DNA of 64,000 nucleotides, from NCBI GenBank assembly GCA_013298895.1, contig JAAFJM010000015.1, positions 7,811 through 71,810 of the forward strand, in the 5' to 3' direction. The notes under the pieces are model-generated. The model was not told the DNA's origin. It saw only the letters and a program-made list of their open reading frames with translations, and did no database searches. Positions within the stretch are counted from its first letter, which is position 1. Every line of letters starts with the position of its first letter. The DNA is from Bacteroidota bacterium. GTDB taxonomy: Bacteria; Bacteroidota; Bacteroidia; UKL13-3. Shown here piece after piece: positions 29,389 through 37,282 of the stretch. A program made the position numbers and the translations under genes.

Positions 29389-30192
29389 ATGGAAATTTTA
29401 ACCTATAAATTTAACTGGATAAACCTAGTAGATTTGGTGCTAGTGCTATTAATTAGCTGGCAGCTATTTGTTAGGGTTAAAGGCAGTTTGGCATTCAATA
29501 TTATGATTGGATTGCTAACGCTTTATGCCTTTTGGTGGGTGGTTAAATATTTTGAAATGCCCCTTTTAGAAACCATTTTAGGCGGTTTTGCTAATTTTGG
29601 TGTGGTGGCAGTTTTAATAGTTTTTCAGCAAGAAATAAGGCGTTTTTTATTAATCATTGGGCGAAATTCATTTTTAGGCGAAAACAAAAAATGGTGGAAT
29701 ATTTTTCCTTGGAAATGGAAATTAGATGACCCTGATGAACTTGATTTTGAAACCATTGTAGATGCATGTCAAGTATTAGCAGAAACACATACTGGAGCAA
29801 TTATTATTTTCCCAAAAACAAGTGAAATGCGTTTTTTAGCAGCCAGTGGCGAAACCATTGAAGCGAATATTACCAAACGTTTAATTTTAACTATATTTAA
29901 CAAAACCAGTCCACTACACGATGGTGCAATGATTATAGCCAAAGGCAAAATTAAAGCTGCAAACTGCGTATTACCAGTTAGCGATAACCCCGATTTAATC
30001 AATAAATTTGGATTGCGCCATTTATCGGCCATTGGAATTACAGAACAAACAGATGCTATTTGCTTGGTAATAAGCGAAGAACGTGGTTATATAAGTTTTG
30101 TAAAAGAAGGAAAAATTACCGAAGCTATTGATAGGGAATTACTCATAGGACTACTTAATTTAGAACTGAAACCGAAAGTAAAATACGAGTAG
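29389..30192 (+). CDS. cdaA: diadenylate cyclase (c-di-AMP synthase), membrane-anchored
   Basis: Three N-terminal TM helices followed by a DisA_N/DAC domain (TGAIIIF, LHDGAMII, GLRHLSAIGITEQTDAICLVISEERG). Confidence 0.8.
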   Translation: MEILTYKFNWINLVDLVLVLLISWQLFVRVKGSLAFNIMIGLLTLYAFWWVVKYFEMPLLETILGGFANFGVVAVLIVFQQEIRRFLLIIGRNSFLGENKKWWNIFPWKWKLDDPDELDFETIVDACQVLAETHTGAIIIFPKTSEMRFLAASGETIEANITKRLILTIFNKTSPLHDGAMIIAKGKIKAANCVLPVSDNPDLINKFGLRHLSAIGITEQTDAICLVISEERGYISFVKEGKITEAIDRELLIGLLNLELKPKVKYE

Positions 30193-30261
30193 ATTAGGTA
30201 TGATTTTCAATTAACAATAGATTTAAATTGTTAACTCTTTTAGAAATGGTACTTTTATAAA

Positions 30262-30295
30262 TAAAAAGCCTGAGTTTAAAACTCAGGCCCTTAAA
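30262..30295. terminator. Bidirectional Rho-independent terminator
   Basis: GCCTGAGTTT A AAACTCAGGC between cdaA (+) and the helicase gene (-). Confidence 0.6.
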
Positions 30296-30320
30296 ATTAA
30301 TATTTATGAATGATTAAAAC

Positions 30321-32273
30321 TTAATCTCTTCTACGTCTTCTTTCCCCACTTGGTCTATCACCAGCAGGTTTATCGCCACCATAGCTTCTGTTACGTCCGC
30401 CATCTCTGGTTCCGTAACCGCTTCTTTCGGTAGTTCCTTCGCTGCGGCCATAGCTGCTTCTGTCGCTTCTTTCAGTTCTCGGTGCTCTTTCTCTGTCACC
30501 ACCTCTACTATCTCTATCACCTCCGCTGCTACGTCTTCTATCGCCACCTCCATAGCTTGAGCTTCCGCCTTCGCTTCTTCTGCTGCTGTATCCACCGCCA
30601 CCACTTCTTCCGCCTCTATCACCTCCGCGGCCGCCTCTGCCTTCGCGCGAACCACCTGGTTTTTCACCACTTAATTCTGCTCTAACAGGTCTGCCTTCGT
30701 AAGTATTGCCATTTAAAGCAGTAATTACTTTTTCGGCTAATTCTTCTTTTACATCTACAAAGCTAAATACACCACTTACATCTACATGTAATTCTTTCCA
30801 ATCTAACTTACTTTCTTGAGCAACCCAATCTTTAAAGCTGCGAATATCAAAGCCATCTTTTTTACCTACACTCACAAAAATTCTTTGTCCGCGTACATTT
30901 CCACCACGTTCGCCTCTTTCACCATCTCTGGTTCTATCGCCCGAAGTAGTATTTAAATCAGGAGCGTTTAAGTATTCTACACTAAATCTGCGTAACTCAA
31001 GCGAAAGGAATTTTTTTACCAATTCTTCGTTTGGTAAAGTTAATAACGGGCGTAAGCTGGTCATTACTTTATCATCAAAAATGCTTTCTTCAATTTCGGT
31101 ATTTACAATGGTATCAATAAATGCTACTAATTTTTTATCGCGCACTTCTTCGGCACTTGGAATTAGTATTTTTTCAAATTTCACATTACTCAATCTTTCA
31201 ATATCGCGTAATCTTCCATTTTCGCGCATGTTTAATAAAGTAAACGATACACCTAATTTTCCAGCTCTACCTGTTCTACCACTTCTGTGTGTGTAGTTTT
31301 CAATATCATCTGGCAAACTAAAATGGATTACGTGACTAATGCCTGAAACATCAATACCACGGGCAGCCACATCGGTTGCTAATAATATTTTGATGGCATG
31401 ATGACGGAAACGGTTCATTACCTTTTCGCGTTGTCCTTGGCTTAAATCACCATGTAAACAATCGGCATTGTAACCATCTTTAATTAATTTATCGCTAATA
31501 TCTTGTGTTTCGTGTTTGGTAGTACAAAATATAATTGCGTAAATATCATCGCTGTTAAAATCAACAAAACGTTTTAAGGCAGCATATTTATCGCGGGCAT
31601 GCACTACAGCATATTGATGTGTAATGTTTACGTTACCCGAGTTAGATTTACCAACTGTAATTTCAAAAGGATCGTTCATGTAACGGTTTGCAATGTTTCT
31701 GATGCTTTTTGGCATAGTTGCACTGAATAAACAAACGCGTTTTTCTTTAGGAGTTTCTGCTAAAATGTATTCTACATCTTCTTCAAAACCCATGTTTAGC
31801 ATTTCATCTGCTTCGTCTAACACTACATATTTTACTGTAGAAATGTTAAGCGCTCTGCGGTTCATTAAATCCATTAAACGACCTGGAGTAGCCACAATAA
31901 TGTGTGCACCACGTTTAATATCAGAAATTTGACGTTCAATACTACTGCCACCGTACACTGCTACAATGTTAATACTAGATTTGTTTTTGCTGTAGTTACC
32001 TAAATCTTTGCTAATTTGCATGCAAAGCTCACGTGTAGGACAAATAACTAAAGCTTGAATAGTTCTGTTAGAAGGTTCAACAAGTTGAATAATTGGCAGG
32101 CCAAATGCTGCTGTTTTACCGGTTCCCGTCTGGGCTAATCCCAAAATATCTTGGCCTGTTTCTAAAAACACAGGAATAGACTGTTCCTGTATAGGCGTTG
32201 GAGTCTCAAACCCCATCTCTTGAATCGCATTCAAGATGGACGTTTCTACGCCCAAATCACTAAAATTTTTCAA
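30321..32273 (-). CDS. DEAD-box ATP-dependent RNA helicase (DeaD/CsdA-like) with a long Arg/Gly/Ser-rich C-terminal tail
   Basis: AQTGTGKTAAF, PTRELC, DEAD, SAT and HRSGRTGRAG motifs. The last ~110 aa are low-complexity RGG/RS/RD repeats. Confidence 0.85.
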   Translation of the reverse strand: MKNFSDLGVETSILNAIQEMGFETPTPIQEQSIPVFLETGQDILGLAQTGTGKTAAFGLPIIQLVEPSNRTIQALVICPTRELCMQISKDLGNYSKNKSSINIVAVYGGSSIERQISDIKRGAHIIVATPGRLMDLMNRRALNISTVKYVVLDEADEMLNMGFEEDVEYILAETPKEKRVCLFSATMPKSIRNIANRYMNDPFEITVGKSNSGNVNITHQYAVVHARDKYAALKRFVDFNSDDIYAIIFCTTKHETQDISDKLIKDGYNADCLHGDLSQGQREKVMNRFRHHAIKILLATDVAARGIDVSGISHVIHFSLPDDIENYTHRSGRTGRAGKLGVSFTLLNMRENGRLRDIERLSNVKFEKILIPSAEEVRDKKLVAFIDTIVNTEIEESIFDDKVMTSLRPLLTLPNEELVKKFLSLELRRFSVEYLNAPDLNTTSGDRTRDGERGERGGNVRGQRIFVSVGKKDGFDIRSFKDWVAQESKLDWKELHVDVSGVFSFVDVKEELAEKVITALNGNTYEGRPVRAELSGEKPGGSREGRGGRGGDRGGRSGGGGYSSRRSEGGSSSYGGGDRRRSSGGDRDSRGGDRERAPRTERSDRSSYGRSEGTTERSGYGTRDGGRNRSYGGDKPAGDRPSGERRRRRD

Positions 32274-32452
32274 AGTACTTTATTAAAAATAAGCCACAAA
32301 TATAGCTTAATATTTGATATATTGGCTTTTAGTGACTTAAATAAGTTTTATTTATTAGGGAACATAAGAAGTTGATAACAAACTTGATTTAGTTATGTAA
32401 TTTAATTAGACATAGTTTTATATATTTGAATCTAATCGTATTAACAAAATTG

Positions 32453-33205
32453 ATGAAAAAGATATATTTTAAAACAATAATTACTGGGCTAATTTTAAGT
32501 TTTATCCAACTAAACACTAATGCTCAATGTACACCTGATTTAAGCCTACAATCAACAGGAGTTTACCCTGTTATTCTACCCTCAGCAAAAGTAGGACTTC
32601 CATATAGTGAAATATTGCAATTTCATGTAGTTAAAGATTCTTCAGTTACAGTTCCTGTTTTTGGAAAAGTAGATGCAACAATTGATTCATTTACCATATT
32701 CAAAGTAAATGGTATTCCCGAAGGAATGAGTTTCATTTGTAATACATCAAATTGTACTATTCCTGGTGGTGGAAATGGTTGCGCCAAAATTACTGGAACA
32801 CCAACTACAAAAGGGATTTACCCTCTTCAAATTATTTTAAAAGTAAGAGTTACAGCTCTTGGCTTTACTCAAACCCAATTAGATACCATGAATAATTATA
32901 CCGTTACTGTAGAAAGTGGTTTAGGTATTAACAATGGCTATGATTTAAAAAATGCTGGCTATAAAATTTTTCCAAACCCAATTACCAACAATCAATTAAA
33001 TTTAGAAATTTGGAATAATGATGCATCCAACTGCACAGTTCAGTTATTCAGTATGCAAGGCAAAGAGGTTTTTAACCAACAATTTGATTTAAATTTTGGA
33101 CTAAATAAAAACACCATCAATACCGAACAATTGGCTAAAGGCATTTATTTGGTTAAAATTAACCACGAAAACAGCCAATTTGAACAAAAAATTATAATAG
33201 AATAA
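32453..33205 (+). CDS. Secreted protein with a T9SS type-A C-terminal sorting domain
   Basis: Signal peptide from MKKIYFKTIITGLILSFIQLNTNAQ. The C-terminus (KIFPNPITNNQLNLEI...GIYLVKINHENSQFEQKIIIE) is a typical Por_Secre_tail. Confidence 0.5.
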   Translation: MKKIYFKTIITGLILSFIQLNTNAQCTPDLSLQSTGVYPVILPSAKVGLPYSEILQFHVVKDSSVTVPVFGKVDATIDSFTIFKVNGIPEGMSFICNTSNCTIPGGGNGCAKITGTPTTKGIYPLQIILKVRVTALGFTQTQLDTMNNYTVTVESGLGINNGYDLKNAGYKIFPNPITNNQLNLEIWNNDASNCTVQLFSMQGKEVFNQQFDLNFGLNKNTINTEQLAKGIYLVKINHENSQFEQKIIIE

Positions 33206-33282
33206 TTTTACAAATTAATAATTAAACCTTTTGGGGTTTTAAGAGTCCGACATTCGTAATTTTTTAATAATAATAATATTTT

Positions 33283-34992
33283 ATGGCACAAATTAACCGA
33301 AAGCAGTTTTTTCAAAACTTGGCTTCTGAAGCCTTAACCGAAAAAGAGTTACCCGTTTATCCTTACAAGGATCCTTCAAATACTGAAGTTCCTACTAGCT
33401 TAAGGAAAACCAGCATAGGTATTAGCCCTTATCAAGGTGCATGGACCGAAACTGAAATAAAGCATTTGTGCCGTAGAACTTTATTTGGTGTATCGAAGGC
33501 CGATATTGATTTTTTTAAAACTAAAACCATGGCCCAATCTGTGGATGCCATTTTAAACATATCAACCACCGACCCTGCGCCACCAGTTAATCATTACAGC
33601 GCCAATGCAAGTTTTCCAGATGCCGATGTGCCTTTTGGTGATACTTGGGTAAATGCAAATGAAAATCCATTGCTTAGTGCAGCCCGCAGAAACTCATTTA
33701 AAGCTTGGTGGATGGGCTTAATGATAAATCAAGACCGAACCATCAAAGAAAAAATGACTCTTTTTTGGCACAATCATTTCGCTACAGAAAGCACTGTAAT
33801 TCAACTAGCTAGATTTACTTACGACCATCATAAAATGTTACGCCAAAACTGTTTGGGTAATTTTAAAACCTTAACTCGTTTGGTAGCTACCGATTGTGCC
33901 ATGTTGGTATATTTAAATGGCGAAAAAAATACTAAAACTGCTCCTGATGAAAACTTTGGACGTGAGCTACAAGAACTATTTACAATAGGAAAAGATTTAG
34001 CAAATCATTATACTGAAGATGATGTAAAAGCTGCCGCCAAAGTAATGACTGGCTGGCGGAATAATAGAGTTGGTTTTACATCGTATTTTGATTCAACTAA
34101 ACACGATACCAGCAATAAACAGTTTTCATCGTTTTACAATAATGCGGTAATTACAGGAAAAACTGGTTCTGGTGGAGCCACCGAGGTAGACGATTTAATT
34201 ACCATGATTTTTAATCATGACGAAGTAGCAAAATACATTTGCCGTAAAATTTACCGCTTTTTTGTTTATTATATAATTGACGAAAGTGTTGAAACAAATG
34301 TTATTGCACCTTTAGCAACAGTTTTTAGAAACAGTGGCTATAACATAAAAACAGTAATGGATACTTTGCTAAAAAGTGAACATTTTTACGATGCATTAAA
34401 CATGGGTTGTGTAATAAAACCACCAACCGACCATTTAGCTGGAATTGCTAGAACTTTTAATTTGCAATTTCCAAGTGCTAGCAATGTAACTCAAACCTAT
34501 GCTCATTTAGGTTATTTTCAACAAATAGGATTGGCTTTTGGACAAGATATTGGCGATGCTCCTAATGTGGCTGGTTGGCCAGCCTATTGGCAATCACCTC
34601 AGTTTTATGAGCTATGGATAAACTCCGATTCACTTCCAAAACGCAATCAAGTTTGCGATGGACTAATTTATACAGGTTTTAATCGCCAAGGATTTAAGTT
34701 AATCCTTGATCCAATAGCATTTGTTGTTCAATTTTCAACACCAGAAGATCCGAATGCATTAATTAACCAAACAGTAAGTTTACTTTTTGCCATTGATGTT
34801 TCAACTACTAGTAAAATACAACTTAAAACTGCCTTTTTACTTTCGGGCCAAGCTAGCGACTATTATTGGACTGATGCTTGGATTGCCTATATACAAGCAC
34901 CAACTAATACTGCTAAAAAACAAGCTGTTTATAGCAGGTTACAAGGATTATTTAAATATTTAATGGGTTTAGCCGAGTTTCAATTAATTTAA
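33283..34992 (+). CDS. DUF1800 family protein
   Basis: A 569-aa protein with the characteristic order and size, paired with DUF1501 downstream. Confidence 0.55.
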   Translation: MAQINRKQFFQNLASEALTEKELPVYPYKDPSNTEVPTSLRKTSIGISPYQGAWTETEIKHLCRRTLFGVSKADIDFFKTKTMAQSVDAILNISTTDPAPPVNHYSANASFPDADVPFGDTWVNANENPLLSAARRNSFKAWWMGLMINQDRTIKEKMTLFWHNHFATESTVIQLARFTYDHHKMLRQNCLGNFKTLTRLVATDCAMLVYLNGEKNTKTAPDENFGRELQELFTIGKDLANHYTEDDVKAAAKVMTGWRNNRVGFTSYFDSTKHDTSNKQFSSFYNNAVITGKTGSGGATEVDDLITMIFNHDEVAKYICRKIYRFFVYYIIDESVETNVIAPLATVFRNSGYNIKTVMDTLLKSEHFYDALNMGCVIKPPTDHLAGIARTFNLQFPSASNVTQTYAHLGYFQQIGLAFGQDIGDAPNVAGWPAYWQSPQFYELWINSDSLPKRNQVCDGLIYTGFNRQGFKLILDPIAFVVQFSTPEDPNALINQTVSLLFAIDVSTTSKIQLKTAFLLSGQASDYYWTDAWIAYIQAPTNTAKKQAVYSRLQGLFKYLMGLAEFQLI

Positions 34993-35004
34993 AATGCCAT
35001 TGTT

Positions 35005-36585
35005 ATGAAAAGAAGAGATTTTTTACAAAAAGCAATTACTGCAAGTGCATTGCCATTATTTATTAATGGTTTCCCAATTCAAACTTTAGCCGACAACCCA
35101 ATTGTACAATATTTGGGTAAAGCAGGAGCGGAAGATCATGTATTGGTTTTAATTCAATTAAATGGTGGTAACGATGGATTAAATACTGTTATTCCAATTG
35201 ACCAATACAGCAAATTGGTTTTGGCAAGGCAAAATATTTTAATACAACAAAATAAAATATTGGCTTTAACAGGAACGCAAGCTACTGGCTTACACCCAAG
35301 CCTGAGTGAAGTGCGCAACCTTTACGATAATGGCTTGGTAAATATTGTACAAAGTGTTGGTTATCCAGACCCCAATTTCTCACATTTTAGAGCAACTGAT
35401 ATTTGGCTAACAGGAAGCGATAGCAACGTAAATGAAGAAACTGGTTGGATGGGAAGATATTTAGAAACCAAATTTGATGGGTTTCCAACCAATTACCCAA
35501 ATACCAATTATCCTGATCCACCTGCCATTCAAATTGGAGCTTTGGTTTCGCCAGCATTGCAAGGCCACCAAGCCAGTTTAGGCATGTCAATTACCGACCC
35601 AACTTCGTTTTATCAATTTGTAAACGGAACGGTTGATACTGCACCAAATACTCCGGCTGGCCACGAATTAACTTATGTAAGACTAGTAGCTCAACAAACA
35701 CAACAATACAGTGGAACCATAAAAGCCGCAGCCGATAAAGCCACCAATTTATCAACTTTATATCCAACTGCTGGAACCAATAGCCTTGCCGACCAATTAA
35801 AAATTGTGGCACAATTAATTGCCGGAGGCTTAAAAACCCAAGTATATATGGTTAGTTTGGGTGGATTTGATACACATGCTGGCCAAACCGATTCAAGTGC
35901 AACTGAAAATGGCACACATGCCAACTTAATGCAAAAAATATCGCAAGCGGTAAATGCATTTCAAGATGATTTGAAAAAATTAGCCATTGATGAACGTGTA
36001 TTAGGAATGACTTTTTCGGAATTTGGACGTAGAATTAAATCGAATGACAGTTTAGGCACCGACCATGGAGCAGCTGCACCACTATTTATATTTGGTAAAA
36101 ATGTAAAACCAGGAATTACTGGTAATAATCCAATTATTCCGAGTACGGTAACTGCCAACGATAATGTACCAATGCAAGTTGATTTCAGATCGGTTTACGC
36201 CAGTATTTTAAAGTATTGGTTTAATGTAAGCGATAGCGAATTAAGCCCAATGTTGCTTAATAAAACATTTCCATTGTTAGATATTATAGCAAACGGCAGT
36301 TCAAGCGTAACTAATGCAATAGAAGCTAAAATTGGTATTTTAGAAAATTATCCTAATCCTGCTACCACCCAAACTACCATTAAGTTCTCGTGCAGTGGTG
36401 GTTATGTAAAAATACGTTTGTATGATAACATAGGTAGAGAAATACTAACCATAGCTGAAAATGATTATAGCAAAGGAACACATGAAGTAGTTTTAAACAC
36501 CGAAAGCTTAAGAAATGGTACTTATTATTATCAAGTACAACAAGGTGCCTCGCAATTAATGAAAGCGCTAGTAGTAGCTAAGTAA
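35005..36585 (+). CDS. DUF1501 (sulfatase/alkaline-phosphatase superfamily) protein with a twin-arginine signal and a T9SS C-terminal sorting domain
   Basis: MKRRDFLQKAITASALPLF is a Tat motif (RRxFL). It has the DUF1501 landmarks GGFDTHAGQ and GTDHGAA. The C-terminal ~85 aa (ENYPNPATTQTTIKF...GTYYYQVQ...KALVVAK) is a type-A T9SS CTD. Confidence 0.6.
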   Translation: MKRRDFLQKAITASALPLFINGFPIQTLADNPIVQYLGKAGAEDHVLVLIQLNGGNDGLNTVIPIDQYSKLVLARQNILIQQNKILALTGTQATGLHPSLSEVRNLYDNGLVNIVQSVGYPDPNFSHFRATDIWLTGSDSNVNEETGWMGRYLETKFDGFPTNYPNTNYPDPPAIQIGALVSPALQGHQASLGMSITDPTSFYQFVNGTVDTAPNTPAGHELTYVRLVAQQTQQYSGTIKAAADKATNLSTLYPTAGTNSLADQLKIVAQLIAGGLKTQVYMVSLGGFDTHAGQTDSSATENGTHANLMQKISQAVNAFQDDLKKLAIDERVLGMTFSEFGRRIKSNDSLGTDHGAAAPLFIFGKNVKPGITGNNPIIPSTVTANDNVPMQVDFRSVYASILKYWFNVSDSELSPMLLNKTFPLLDIIANGSSSVTNAIEAKIGILENYPNPATTQTTIKFSCSGGYVKIRLYDNIGREILTIAENDYSKGTHEVVLNTESLRNGTYYYQVQQGASQLMKALVVAK

Positions 36586-36606
36586 CATAAATATTAGAAC
36601 TTTTTT

Positions 36607-36645
36607 AAAGCCGTTTAGAGTTAACTCTAAACGGCTTTTTTAGTA
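36607..36645 (+). terminator. Rho-independent terminator after the DUF1501 gene
   Basis: AAAGCCGTTTAGAG TTAA CTCTAAACGGCTTT followed by TTTTAG. Confidence 0.7.
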
Positions 36646-36710
36646 TAAAATAATTCAATATATATATAATCCAACTAAAACCATCAAATAAAAACCATCT
36701 TTATTCTTAT

Positions 36711-36802
36711 TTGAGTTGCGGAAAACTTATTCAAGCTGCGCAAAAAGGGTTTTCAAAACGCTGATTTATTTATTTAAGCTGCTTTTTATATTATTTAAGC
36801 TG
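36711..36802. repeat. Short direct repeats TTATTYAAGCTG x3 (plus GAGTTGCGGAAAA / AAGCTGCGCAAAAA) in a 700-bp AT-rich intergenic region
   Basis: Copies at 36727..36738, 36770..36781 and 36791..36802. Confidence 0.5.
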
Positions 36803-36960
36803 TTGTTTTAATGTTTTAAGAAAAAATATTTAGTTGATTATCTGAATTTTATACAAAATGATAAAAAATATTTACAAAAATAAAACCACTTATATAAAAT
36901 TAACGTATGTTTGAATAAGAAATCAGTTAATAAGTAATAACATTTAAACATAAAACGATT

Positions 36961-37257
36961 ATGAACACATTTACTAAAAACGAAGGACACACATTATCAT
37001 TTAACGAATACAGCTCTGTTTTTAAAAATGAAAAACAACCTGTAGGTATTCGTTTAGCTAAAAAAGTTGGTTCATTTGTAAAAGACACTGTATTTTTTAT
37101 GAAATACATGTACTTTGTTGTATTGTTAGTTATGATTTTAGGTGTTTTATTCGAGATTAAATGCATATACAATATTGATGTATTCCGTAACTTGGATACA
37201 CCATTTGATACTTATTATAATGAGGCAAAAGGTAATTTAACAGCCGATTTAAGATAA
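36961..37257 (+). CDS. hypothetical small protein (possibly not expressed)
   Basis: A 98-aa ORF with one hydrophobic segment in a long AT-rich intergenic region. I recognise no motif. Confidence 0.2.
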   Translation: MNTFTKNEGHTLSFNEYSSVFKNEKQPVGIRLAKKVGSFVKDTVFFMKYMYFVVLLVMILGVLFEIKCIYNIDVFRNLDTPFDTYYNEAKGNLTADLR

Positions 37258-37282
37258 TGCAAAAGCTGTGCGTTATTTTAAA

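Noticed and set aside
30314-30685. ORFs 30314..30670 (-) and 30482..30685 (+) over the helicase tail
   Set aside because: They are alternative frames of codon-repetitive GC-rich DNA that encodes the RGG tail.
35387-36158. Four minus-strand ORFs inside the DUF1501 gene
   Set aside because: They are antisense to a CDS with clear family motifs and targeting signals.
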